32,000 nt of DNA from Aliivibrio fischeri ES114. Lineage in GTDB: Bacteria > Pseudomonadota > Gammaproteobacteria > Enterobacterales > Vibrionaceae. The notes beneath the pieces were generated by a model, which was given only the letters and a program-made list of their open reading frames with translations, was not told the origin of the DNA and ran no database searches. Below are positions 8,314-17,764 of this stretch, one piece after another. The stretch lies in assembly GCF_000011805.1 (NCBI RefSeq), contig NC_006841.2, one strand, 5' to 3'. The translations under genes were made by a program, and so were the position numbers. Position 1 is the first letter of the stretch. Each line of letters begins with the position of its first letter.

Positions 8314-10188
8314 ATGTCTAATATTAAAAGCAGAAGAATTATGAATCGTAAAGGACTACCCGCACTAGCTTTAATCTTGTCACCAGCGCTCTTTACGCCA
8401 GTTGCGCTTGCCAATACTGAAACACAAATAACAGCTCCAGCTGCTGATTCAGTCGCCTCTATTGATGCTAAACTTGATCATAAACGCAGTGAAGTTAAAC
8501 AACTTGAAGGAACTGTTAGAAATGACCAAAATCGACTACGTGATTTACGTAATCAAAGTGATTCTTTAGACAAAAAAGCAGAACAATTAGATGCGAAACG
8601 TAAGTTAGCTCAGCGTAACTTAGATGAGCAATACAACCGCATGATTGATGACCCTGATCTTGATATCACTCCTTTCCAAAAACAATACCAAGACTCGTGG
8701 AAAGAAGTAAAAGAAAATCAAATTGCTAAGCTTGCTATTCAACAAGATATTCAAGAACAAACTCGTGTTCTAAAAAGCAATAATGCTAAAAAACAACGTG
8801 CATTAGACGAACTGGAAATTCTTGGAGAATCACGCCAAGAAGCTCGAGTTCTTCGTTTACAAGAAGAACTAGCAGCACAAGATAGTTTAGATGTTATTCA
8901 TACCATTACATGTAAAATGTCGATGACCCTTGAAGCATGTGCAAGCCAAGGTAAAACATTGAGCATGCAAAAAGCGGTAAATAACTTCCAACAACAACTC
9001 ATCAATGGTTTTACTGAAACAGATATCGTAAAACAACACGTTGATAGTGTATCGTTAAATATTCACGTATTAGATAGTGCTATTATTGATAGTGGTTTCA
9101 ACGGTAGTAACCGTTACACAACTAAGCTTCAAGCTTCTTTACGTGCTCGTCCTAACTCTACTGCTGCTTGTCAACTTCTTGGACTTGAAAACCGTTACTG
9201 TATTGAGCAATCAAACTCTTCTTCTTTGAACGATAAAATCAAAAAAGAGAAGAAATGGGTAGGTATTACTATTCGTTCAAATCGTCATGAAGATAACGTA
9301 ACAGTGAATGGCGTTAATTACGGTAGTACACCAGTAGACGTTATGCTTCCAGCTGGTCAACATCAGATCACTGTTGAGAAGTCAGGTTTCGAACCTTACC
9401 GTCGCCAAATGTCATTAACTAAAGACATTACTGTATGGGCTGATCTTAAAGAGCAAGAAAACCGTCCAAAACCAGGTAAAAAGTTTTCTGACCGATTAGG
9501 TAACAACCAATTAGCTCCTCAAATGGTAGTTATTGGTTCTGGTAATTTCCACATTGGTAAAAACGCAGCTAAGAATGTAACGATTTCTAAGGCTTACTCT
9601 ATTGGTGCAACACCTGTTACTGTAAATCAATTTAATGCATTTGTTGCTAGCACAGGTTATATCACTGAAGCTGAAAAAGGCGCAGGTTGTAATGCAATCA
9701 ATGGCGGCGAAACCAAACGTCACCAAAACCAAAACTGGCGTAAACCGGGTTTTGAGCAATCTAAAAATGCACCTGCAGTTTGTATTTCTAAAAATGATGC
9801 TGAAACTTACGCTCAATGGTTAACAAAACAGACAGGCTTTAAGTACGCACTTCCAACAGAAGCACAGTGGGAAATTGCAGCTCGTGCAGGTAGCAAAGAT
9901 GCATACTGGTGGGGTGACGATATTGGTTCAGGTAATGCAAACACAGGTTGGGGCGGCTCAACGTGGGCTAACAAGTCAACATCTCCTGTAGGCAGCTTTG
10001 GCGCAAACCCTTATGGTGTTTACGATACGGCAGGTAACGTATGGGAATGGACAAATGCGAAATCAGGTATCGTTCGTGGTGGCGCATGGAGCTTTGCACC
10101 AACAAAAGCAAAAGCTTATGAATCACTAGAATTGAACCCATCAACCAGTGCTAACTACACAGGTTTCCGAGTGGTTCGCGAGTTATAA
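8314..10188 (+). CDS. Exported coiled-coil + PEGA + FGE-sulfatase (SUMF1)-like domain protein
   Basis: Signal peptide (ALALILSPALFTPVALA); coiled coil (KLDHKRSEVKQLEGTVRNDQNRLRDLRNQSDSLDKKAEQLDAKRK); PEGA (VTVNGVNYGSTPVDVMLPAGQHQITVEKSGFEPYRRQMSL); FGE-like domain (YALPTEAQWEIAARAG...YGVYDTAGNVWEWT...RGGAWSF...TGFRVVREL). The start could be 8341 (MNRKGLP). Confidence 0.88.
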   Translation: MSNIKSRRIMNRKGLPALALILSPALFTPVALANTETQITAPAADSVASIDAKLDHKRSEVKQLEGTVRNDQNRLRDLRNQSDSLDKKAEQLDAKRKLAQRNLDEQYNRMIDDPDLDITPFQKQYQDSWKEVKENQIAKLAIQQDIQEQTRVLKSNNAKKQRALDELEILGESRQEARVLRLQEELAAQDSLDVIHTITCKMSMTLEACASQGKTLSMQKAVNNFQQQLINGFTETDIVKQHVDSVSLNIHVLDSAIIDSGFNGSNRYTTKLQASLRARPNSTAACQLLGLENRYCIEQSNSSSLNDKIKKEKKWVGITIRSNRHEDNVTVNGVNYGSTPVDVMLPAGQHQITVEKSGFEPYRRQMSLTKDITVWADLKEQENRPKPGKKFSDRLGNNQLAPQMVVIGSGNFHIGKNAAKNVTISKAYSIGATPVTVNQFNAFVASTGYITEAEKGAGCNAINGGETKRHQNQNWRKPGFEQSKNAPAVCISKNDAETYAQWLTKQTGFKYALPTEAQWEIAARAGSKDAYWWGDDIGSGNANTGWGGSTWANKSTSPVGSFGANPYGVYDTAGNVWEWTNAKSGIVRGGAWSFAPTKAKAYESLELNPSTSANYTGFRVVREL

Positions 10189-10210
10189 TTTTACTCTGTC
10201 CATCAACAAC

Positions 10211-10246
10211 AAAGCCGCTGAATAGTCATGTTCAGCGGCTTTTTTA
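10211..10246 (+). terminator. Rho-independent terminator downstream of the FGE-like gene
   Basis: aaagccgctgaa / ttcagcggcttt hairpin followed by tttta. Confidence 0.85.
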
Positions 10247-10343
10247 TTACTTAATAAAAACTGTTAAGAATAACTATTTATCAGTTTAGAAATAATGTAA
10301 ATCCTGAGATACTTTATCCATGATTCATTAGCCAATAGAAAAT

Positions 10344-11132
10344 ATGCAAGAATCCTTAGATATCAGTTGGTCGTTAATGGGGCTGTTTAGTCTTACATTA
10401 ATCATTCCATTTTCAATTAATCGCATTTACCAATTAGATCTCGCTAAAGACATGACTATCAGTGTGATTAGAATGATCACACAACTGGCTTTTATTGGTC
10501 TGTATCTTGAATTTGTCTTTCAATTAAATGATCCATTGTTAAATGCACTATGGATTGTATTAATGATTGCTATCGGTTCTAGCTCTATCATTTCTAAAGC
10601 CAAACTACCAAAAAGACGCCTGCTGTTTCCCGTAGCTACTGGTTTATTTATTGGACTTTCACCATTGGTCATTTTACTTAGTTCGGTAATTATCCAACCA
10701 ACCCCACTTTATAGCGCCCAATATGTGATCCCTTTGGCTGGAATGTTATTAGGCAATAGTTTGAGTGGAAATATCGTTGCTTTGCAAAACTTATTCACTG
10801 CATTTAAAGAACGAGAGAGTGAGTATCATGCCGCTATCGCTCTTGGCGCATCTCCGCACTATGCAACCCTTCCTTTTGTTCGTGCGGCAATGCAAAAAGC
10901 CTTTGCTCCTATTATGGCATCAATGGCTACAACAGGCTTAGTTACCCTTCCTGGCATGATGACAGGCCAAATCTTAGGAGGGGTTAACCCTATGGTTGCT
11001 ATAAAATATCAACTGCTTATTTTAATCGCTATTTTTGTTATGCTGACCATATCTGTCACTATCACATTACAACTGACCCTCAAGAACAATATTTCAAAAG
11101 AAGGGAAAGTATTAGTGCGTTTTCTTAATTAA
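10344..11132 (+). CDS. fetB: UPF0014 / FetB-family ABC transporter permease (iron export type)
   Basis: VIRMITQLAFIGLYLEFVF, QYVIPLAGMLLGNSLSGNIVAL, ALGASPHYATLPFVRAAMQKAFAPIMASMATTGLVTLPGMMTGQILGGVNP are hallmark FetB/YbbM motifs. Confidence 0.88.
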   Translation: MQESLDISWSLMGLFSLTLIIPFSINRIYQLDLAKDMTISVIRMITQLAFIGLYLEFVFQLNDPLLNALWIVLMIAIGSSSIISKAKLPKRRLLFPVATGLFIGLSPLVILLSSVIIQPTPLYSAQYVIPLAGMLLGNSLSGNIVALQNLFTAFKERESEYHAAIALGASPHYATLPFVRAAMQKAFAPIMASMATTGLVTLPGMMTGQILGGVNPMVAIKYQLLILIAIFVMLTISVTITLQLTLKNNISKEGKVLVRFLN

Positions 11133-11167
11133 CGATCCAATAAAAAGAAATAAAGGAGCCTTCTTAC

Positions 11168-12220
11168 ATGGAATACTCAACACTTGGCAGCAGTAATCTC
11201 TCTGTTTCTCGTATCTGTTTAGGTAGCATGACTTGGGGAAAACAAAATACCCAAGAAGACGCCAATCAACAAATTGATTATGCGCTAAGCCAAGGCATCA
11301 ACTTTATCGATACCGCTGAAATGTATGCGGTACCGCCATCACCTGATACCTACGGTAAAACAGAAACCATCATTGGTAATTGGCTAGCAGCGAACCCTGA
11401 ACGACGTAAAGATATCATTTTAGCCTCTAAAATTGCAGGCCCGGGACTGCCTTGGGTTCGTGATGGTGGAGCAATCACAGGTGAAGCCGTTATTGCTGCG
11501 GTTGATGCCTCACTTACACGATTACAAACGGATTATATTGACCTCTACCAACTGCATTGGCCAAACCGTACTTCCCCACATTTTGGTAAGCACTTTCCAA
11601 ATCAATTCAAATTCAGTGAATTCGATGCAAAGAAAGAAGAAGCCGATATGCTTGAAATTTTACAAGCACTGGATACTTGTGTGAAAGCAGGAAAAATCCA
11701 CCATATAGGATTATCAGACGATACTCCGTGGGGCATCAATACTTATCTTAAATTGAGTGAAAAATACGATTTACCAAGAATGGTTTCAATTCAAAACGAA
11801 TTCAGCTTATTGCACGCAAAAGACTGGCCTTATCTCATTGAAAACTGTATTCATGAAAATGTGGCTTACCTACCTTGGTCACCACTGGCTGGCGGCATGT
11901 TAAGTGGTAAATATTTAGATGGTAAAATGCCAGAAGGCAGCCGTTGGACCTTCTCACAACGTAACGGTATTTTCCGAGATACACCTGCGGCAAATGAAGC
12001 GGTACGTGCCTATATGAATGTTGCTGAGAAACACGGTTATACACCTTGCCAATTAGCATTAGCTTGGTGTGATCAAGTAGACGGTGTCACGTCTACTATT
12101 ATTGGTGCAACGTCGCTAGAGCAATTAAAAGAAGATATCGAAGCGTTCTCAAAACCATTAAGTAACGAAGTTATTTCAGATATTAATACGGTATTTAGAC
12201 AATACCCAATGCCGTTTTAA
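11168..12220 (+). CDS. tas: NADP(H)-dependent aldo-keto reductase
   Basis: MEYSTLGSSNLSVSRICLGSMTWGKQNTQEDANQQIDYALSQGINFIDTAEMYAVPP..., 350 aa, is Tas-like. Confidence 0.92.
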   Translation: MEYSTLGSSNLSVSRICLGSMTWGKQNTQEDANQQIDYALSQGINFIDTAEMYAVPPSPDTYGKTETIIGNWLAANPERRKDIILASKIAGPGLPWVRDGGAITGEAVIAAVDASLTRLQTDYIDLYQLHWPNRTSPHFGKHFPNQFKFSEFDAKKEEADMLEILQALDTCVKAGKIHHIGLSDDTPWGINTYLKLSEKYDLPRMVSIQNEFSLLHAKDWPYLIENCIHENVAYLPWSPLAGGMLSGKYLDGKMPEGSRWTFSQRNGIFRDTPAANEAVRAYMNVAEKHGYTPCQLALAWCDQVDGVTSTIIGATSLEQLKEDIEAFSKPLSNEVISDINTVFRQYPMPF

Positions 12221-12247
12221 TTAATAAATTAGATGATCACCACATAG

Positions 12248-12288
12248 AAAAATGGCGCATCCTATCTTGATGCACCATTTTATTTTTT
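12248..12288 (+). terminator. Rho-independent terminator downstream of tas
   Basis: aaaatggcgcatc-ctatctt-gatgcaccatttt hairpin (one mismatch) followed by a T-rich run. Confidence 0.7.
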
Positions 12289-12307
12289 AGTCCTAGGTAA
12301 AAATTTA

Positions 12308-12485
12308 TACCAATCCGGATAAGTAGTTGATCAGATAATTGCGTAGGAAAAATCGATTAAAGCAAGGCATAAATTGCAGTAACTAGTGGCTCTAATTACA
12401 CCTAATTTTTGCAATAGAAAGGTATAACGCAGCTATAATCGATTTTAACAAGCAAGAATGATCAAATATTTATGTGGATTGGTAT
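12308..12485. repeat. MITE-like imperfect palindromic intergenic element, about 178 bp
   Basis: Perfect 10-bp terminal inverted repeats ataccaatcc (12308-12317) / ggattggtat (12476-12485). Interior symmetry includes ttgatca / tgatcaa and aaaatcgatta / taatcgatttt. Confidence 0.75.
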
Positions 12486-15400
12486 CACTTAGCTTCTAAC
12501 GATAATAATACGCTACTGGTGTCTTGTTCGATGTCAAAACGGCTATCCAGTAAGAATACACGAGCGGCATCAACTTTCACCACATCCACCAAATACGCTT
12601 TTACCGCTTGAGCACGCTGTTGAGCTAATTGACCAAGCTCCGCTTCATCTATTTTTTGCTTATTTAAAACCAAATTATATAAAGCAATATGCCAACGTTT
12701 ATTTAACTCTTCATCCGTTAACTCTATATCTTTTGCTTCTTCTTCGTCTTCAATTCGATCTTTTACTTCAGTAGCTTTTTCATCGTACTCCGCTTTATAT
12801 ATACTTTGCAAAGCGTCTGATAATGGACCCGAAGTTGGCATTGAACTCGCTGTTAAGTTTTGAGGTAATTCATTTTCTGGGATTTTAGCTGCTTCCACTA
12901 ATAACTGATTAAAATGCTGTAACTCAAGCGCCTTACTGTCTTCTTGCGCATTCACCGCACCATCAACAGTTAATTTTAGTTTAGGACGAGTTTCAAGTGC
13001 TTTACCTAAGGTCTGTAGCTTCTCTTGCTCTTCGACTGTTAAGTCATCAGTACCAAATTGAAAGGCAATCACATTTAGTTCTTCATCAGAACCAGCAAGG
13101 CCGGCAATGAACGAAAATGGGGCTGTGACTGCTTTGGTGATGATATTTGAAATCGTACTCCAAATAACAGCACCTAAGCTAAATTCCGGATCGTTTACAT
13201 CACCAGATACTTCAACCCCAAGATCAATCACTCCATCGTTATCTTGCAATAAAGCAATCGCCAGCTCTAATGGTAGTGAGGTTGCTAAATCACTGTCACT
13301 GGCTTTACCTAATTGCAGCTGATCAATAATCACATGGTTCTCACCTTTTAGCTGATTATTTTCTAACTGATAATTAAGCGCTAAGGTTAATTGCCCTTTA
13401 TCAATATAGTGACCTGCATATGTGCCTGAATACGGATTTACCGTCGTCAACTCTACGCTCTTAAATACCACATCCAAATCTAAATACGGCTGCTTCAGTA
13501 ATGGGTTAATTTCCCCTTTCACTTTTACTGGTGCGTATTTTTCAATGTTACCGCTAATATCAACCGTCGCCTTTGTTCCTGGAATACTCGATACATGGCC
13601 AATGTTGCCTTTTAATTGTTCGATACCAGAAGAGAAATTCGGCGTCAGTGAGTTATCAGCAAAGAAAGCCGAACCATTATTAAACGCTATCTTTCTAACG
13701 CTTAATGCAAACGGTTTCTGACCCTTTTTCTTCGTTGTCGATTTTGATTTTTTAGCTTTAGGTTGAGCAACAATCAAATCACCGATATTGGTGGAACGAT
13801 CTTTGTTAATCACTACTCGAGCATAAGGCTGACTAACACTTAGTGTATCAATAGCTAACTTAGACTTTTGTAAATCAAAATCAAATTTGTTCACCGCTAA
13901 TGAGCGCCATTTTACAAACGGCTTTCTCAGCTTATTATCACGAATAGAAAGATGATTAACTTGCACCCCACCATTCACGATAACCTTGCCTTCTGCATTA
14001 GCATTTAACTTAGCTTGTGTATTCACTTCACCTTTAGTGAGCGTAGCATTTACTGCTGTTGCTAAATAAGGCTGAAACTGAGCAAGTTTTAATGATTTAA
14101 CATCAATATCAGCCATTACGGCTTGTTGTTTAGCATCAGCCTGGCCTTTAACGCTTATATCCCCTTTGCTATTAACTGAAGCAAAGAAATCAAAATCAAT
14201 AGGCTTAGATAAATCACTGACAATTTGACTCGTCGTTAAATTAATAGGAGAAATCTGCCACAGGTTAGCTTTTTTAGTAATAACCTTTTCTTCTACATTT
14301 AGCTGGTAATCTTTAATTTCTATACCATCAAGCGTTACCAACCATGACGGGGAAACTTCTGTAGATTTTGGTTCTGTTTCTACTGAATCATCTTTATGTT
14401 CTTTTGGTGCTTCAGCAATAAACTTAGGTGTGAATAAATTAACAAGGTCTGCGCCCTTATCATCCACTTTTGCTGAAACCTGTAAGCCTTGTGAAGTAAC
14501 AGATGCAATCGTAACAGTTTGCTTTTCTACATTCGTTGCAATGCCCTTTACGGAGAAACTAGGCAGTGAAACAATGGATTTATCTTCTGCATTAAAATTT
14601 AAGTGATTAACAGAGAAGACGCCTTCATCAGTAGTGATGCTCATCGTATCGTCACTTTCAGTATCACCGATGGTTTGAGCCACATGATAGTTCGATGAAA
14701 AATTCACATTCCCTGAGGTTAATTTGGCAATAATGTCTTTTTCAATAAAGCCCCATAAGCGTGGTAATTCAATCTTCTGAACATGAATATCACCGACCAC
14801 TTCTAACGGTTTTAATTGCACTTGACCTTTGAGCTCTACCTTGCCCGAATCTGCATCTGTAATTTGTAGACGATACTCATTCTTATACTCAGTATTCGTT
14901 AATAAGCTTTGTGTAGAAAATGAACCCAACGTGAAGTTGATATCTGGATAAACTAACTCTGTTTCAGTGACACCATCAAAAAATCTGACATGACCTTGAG
15001 CTAGTCTTGTTTGTTTAATCAAAACAGGAAATAACGCTTTATGACGATCAATTGGCTCTTCTATTGATGGTTCTACTTTTTCTTCTGAAGCCAAATTACG
15101 TGCAACCGCACTTAAAATATCATTGAAATTAAATACCAATTGTTCGGTATCATTTAAACGTTCAATATCAACATAAGGTTTATCTAATGCAATATATTCA
15201 ACTGAAATTGCTGCATTAAAAATCGACTTCCAAAAGTTAACTTTTACGCCAGCATTCTCAAAGCGCACAAAGGAAGTTGAAGATTCAGCGTCCTGAATGG
15301 AAAACTGATGAAGATCTAATTGAAGAGTAAAAGGATTAAACGTCACGTCAGCTAACGTTACAGGACGTTCTATAAGTTTAGAAAGCTGTTCAGGGATCTG

Positions 15401-15538
15401 CTGCTTAGCAATATATGGTACCAGTAAGCCAAACAATGCAGCATATAAAAGATAAGCACTTAATGCATACGTACTCCAGCGAATACGGCGAGGAAAAGAA
15501 CGAAACTTTTCAACTACAGCTTTAAATTTGTTCGACAT
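12485..15538 (-). CDS. DUF748 / AsmA-like large membrane-anchored protein
   Basis: 1017 aa with an N-terminal TM segment, IPEQLSKLIERPVTLADVTFNPFTLQLDLHQFSIQD, long beta-rich AsmA-like repeats, and an OmpA-like C-terminal stretch (LKLTVDGAVNAQ...RAQAVKAYLVD). Confidence 0.85.
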   Translation of the reverse strand: MSNKFKAVVEKFRSFPRRIRWSTYALSAYLLYAALFGLLVPYIAKQQIPEQLSKLIERPVTLADVTFNPFTLQLDLHQFSIQDAESSTSFVRFENAGVKVNFWKSIFNAAISVEYIALDKPYVDIERLNDTEQLVFNFNDILSAVARNLASEEKVEPSIEEPIDRHKALFPVLIKQTRLAQGHVRFFDGVTETELVYPDINFTLGSFSTQSLLTNTEYKNEYRLQITDADSGKVELKGQVQLKPLEVVGDIHVQKIELPRLWGFIEKDIIAKLTSGNVNFSSNYHVAQTIGDTESDDTMSITTDEGVFSVNHLNFNAEDKSIVSLPSFSVKGIATNVEKQTVTIASVTSQGLQVSAKVDDKGADLVNLFTPKFIAEAPKEHKDDSVETEPKSTEVSPSWLVTLDGIEIKDYQLNVEEKVITKKANLWQISPINLTTSQIVSDLSKPIDFDFFASVNSKGDISVKGQADAKQQAVMADIDVKSLKLAQFQPYLATAVNATLTKGEVNTQAKLNANAEGKVIVNGGVQVNHLSIRDNKLRKPFVKWRSLAVNKFDFDLQKSKLAIDTLSVSQPYARVVINKDRSTNIGDLIVAQPKAKKSKSTTKKKGQKPFALSVRKIAFNNGSAFFADNSLTPNFSSGIEQLKGNIGHVSSIPGTKATVDISGNIEKYAPVKVKGEINPLLKQPYLDLDVVFKSVELTTVNPYSGTYAGHYIDKGQLTLALNYQLENNQLKGENHVIIDQLQLGKASDSDLATSLPLELAIALLQDNDGVIDLGVEVSGDVNDPEFSLGAVIWSTISNIITKAVTAPFSFIAGLAGSDEELNVIAFQFGTDDLTVEEQEKLQTLGKALETRPKLKLTVDGAVNAQEDSKALELQHFNQLLVEAAKIPENELPQNLTASSMPTSGPLSDALQSIYKAEYDEKATEVKDRIEDEEEAKDIELTDEELNKRWHIALYNLVLNKQKIDEAELGQLAQQRAQAVKAYLVDVVKVDAARVFLLDSRFDIEQDTSSVLLSLEAK

Positions 15539-15860
15539 TTTTACCTACTACTCCTACGTCTATAGCAGTCTCATGACGTATTAAGCATTCTTAATATAAT
15601 CATTAACGATTCAAAATCAGTAATTATTACTTTTATCTATAGACAGAACAAAAAACATCAAAATTCTATCTATACAATATGCTTATGTCTAGCAATCTCC
15701 TTTGATTGGCTCGCAAAATCACAAGATATTTAATTTGGAATGAAAATCACACTCGAATACGTTTATTAATCTGAACTCTAGAACAACTAGAATAAGAGAA
15801 AATTTCGTGGCATAGTCACTTTAAATACAGCAAGTTACCTCCTTAATAAGGACTGTTTAC

Positions 15861-16766
15861 ATGAAAAAAAACCGCCTTCTTACTGCTTTAGCATTATTTT
15901 TTTGCTCTGCCCCAAGTTTTGCCAATATATCTAATTTAACGGCAGGGCAATGCCAAGCAATGATTGGTAAAGGCGTAATGTCAACTAAAGCACCCGTTCA
16001 ATGTGACCGCTTACGTAACGTCACCTTTAAGCATTACACGTTTAATGGGAAAACAGCGACAGGTAAACTTGTTGTCTTAGATGCAGTGGCGTCTCACGTT
16101 GAACGTATTTTTGATGAGTTGTATCAGCAAGGCTTTCCAATTGCCCTAGCAAAACCCATTGAGTATTACGCTGGTAATGATAATAAATCCATGGATGCAA
16201 ACAACACTTCAGCATTTAACTATCGACCTATTGTCGGTAAATCTTCTCTCTCTTTACATGCTTATGGCGCAGCTATTGATATCAACCCATTACAGAATCC
16301 GTTTGTTGAATTTACTTCATGGGGAACCGCGACTTTTAAACCATTAAAAGGTCATGAATATTCAAACCGAATGCTGCAACGTTTAGGTAAGGAAGATAGA
16401 AAGGGATTTGCAGAGGAAGTGATTAATATTTTTGCTCAAAATGGATTCATTTATTGGGGCGGATATTGGGATACACCCATTGATTTTCAGCACTTTCAAA
16501 CCAGTCGTGATATGGCGTATTTAATGACTGCAATGCCAACCAAAGAGGCGTCCCTATTCTTTAATCATTATGTTGATTGGGTTCAGTCATGCCAACAAAA
16601 TTACGGTTCTAAGCAGATGAATAAATTCAAAGATTACACTTCATATTTGCAAACAGAATTAAAAACAACGACGTCTTTAAACCGTTTGTATAAAGCCAAC
16701 CCTAACGCTGTGATGCAAGCTATAAACAAAAAAGCGCACGTGTCACAATCTCGTTGCTTTAAATAA
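15861..16766 (+). CDS. Exported M15-type peptidase / extensin-like C-terminal family protein
   Basis: Signal peptide; KSSLSLHAYGAAIDINPLQNPF and FIYWGGYWDTPIDFQHFQTS fit the metal-binding motifs of the VanY/M15 fold. Confidence 0.78.
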   Translation: MKKNRLLTALALFFCSAPSFANISNLTAGQCQAMIGKGVMSTKAPVQCDRLRNVTFKHYTFNGKTATGKLVVLDAVASHVERIFDELYQQGFPIALAKPIEYYAGNDNKSMDANNTSAFNYRPIVGKSSLSLHAYGAAIDINPLQNPFVEFTSWGTATFKPLKGHEYSNRMLQRLGKEDRKGFAEEVINIFAQNGFIYWGGYWDTPIDFQHFQTSRDMAYLMTAMPTKEASLFFNHYVDWVQSCQQNYGSKQMNKFKDYTSYLQTELKTTTSLNRLYKANPNAVMQAINKKAHVSQSRCFK

Positions 16767-16784
16767 CCTGAATCCTGAAAAGCA

Positions 16785-16822
16785 TAAACCCGTTGAACTC
16801 TCATTCAACGGGTTTATTTTTA
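16785..16822. terminator. Rho-independent terminator between the convergent M15-like gene and speB
   Basis: taaacccgttgaa / ttcaacgggttta hairpin with a T-rich 3' side. Confidence 0.85.
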
Positions 16823-16837
16823 CTCAGCTTATCACGC

Positions 16838-17764
16838 TTATTTGTTTAAACGATTCGCAGTCCAAACATACAAAAGCTCTAAAGCAATCGTTGCACCAGC
16901 CAATGCCGTGATATCACTTTGATCATACGCAGGTGATACTTCTACCACATCCATACCAACCATGTTGATACCTTGCAAACCACGGATGATTTTTAAGATC
17001 TTATCTGAGTTCAAGCCACCACATACCGGTGTGCCTGTACCCGGCGCAAAGGCAGGATCAAGACAATCAATATCAAACGTTAGGTATACTGGTTTGTCAC
17101 CAACAATGCCTTTTACTTGCTCGATAATAGCATCAACACTCATGTCATTGGCTTGCATTGCGTTAATCACATTAAAGCCGTGATCTTTTTGGTCATACTC
17201 AGTACGAATACCAATTTGAACAGAGTGCTCAGGTGAAATAAGCCCTTCATTTGGAGCATGATAGAACATAGTACCGTGATCGTAGCGGCTACCATGACTA
17301 TAAGTGTCAGTATGAGCATCAAAATGAATTAATGCCATTTCACCGTATTTTTTACCATAAGCACGTAGCAAAGGCAGAGTAATAAAGTGATCACCACCTA
17401 GACCTAATAGTGTTTTACCACTATTTAGGATCGCATCAGCTGCCGCTTCAAGGCGTACCGTTAAATCTTCCGCATCGCCAGTATCAAAAACAAGGTCACC
17501 TGAATCAATCACTTTTGTATGATCAAATACATTGAAATCCCATGGGAATTTTTTACCTTCCCACGCTAGATTTACCGATGCACGACGGATCGCATCAGGA
17601 CCTAAACGCGCACCAGGGCGACCTGAGGTTGCCATATCTAATGGTGCACCTAATACAACAATATCTGCGTCGTTATCAATTGGGTTTTGTACCAATGGGC
17701 GACGCATAAATGTCATTGCATTTGAGTACAATGAATAATCTTTTTTGGTGAATAAATCGTTCAT
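16838..17764 (-). CDS. speB: Agmatinase
   Basis: Ureohydrolase motifs [39 protein letters not shown]; 308 aa. Confidence 0.95.
   Translation of the reverse strand: MNDLFTKKDYSLYSNAMTFMRRPLVQNPIDNDADIVVLGAPLDMATSGRPGARLGPDAIRRASVNLAWEGKKFPWDFNVFDHTKVIDSGDLVFDTGDAEDLTVRLEAAADAILNSGKTLLGLGGDHFITLPLLRAYGKKYGEMALIHFDAHTDTYSHGSRYDHGTMFYHAPNEGLISPEHSVQIGIRTEYDQKDHGFNVINAMQANDMSVDAIIEQVKGIVGDKPVYLTFDIDCLDPAFAPGTGTPVCGGLNSDKILKIIRGLQGINMVGMDVVEVSPAYDQSDITALAGATIALELLYVWTANRLNK

Noticed and set aside
9511-9823. ORFs overlapping the FGE-like gene in other frames
   Set aside because: They lie inside a confident domain-matched CDS and have no recognisable domain.
12308-12485. A CRISPR repeat, attachment site or ncRNA gene
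   Set aside because: Only one copy in the window, no spacer pattern, integrase or tRNA. Palindromic repeat-family architecture explains it better.
13107-13721. Plus-strand ORFs (71 and 99 aa) antisense to the DUF748 gene
   Set aside because: Shadow ORFs within a long confident CDS.
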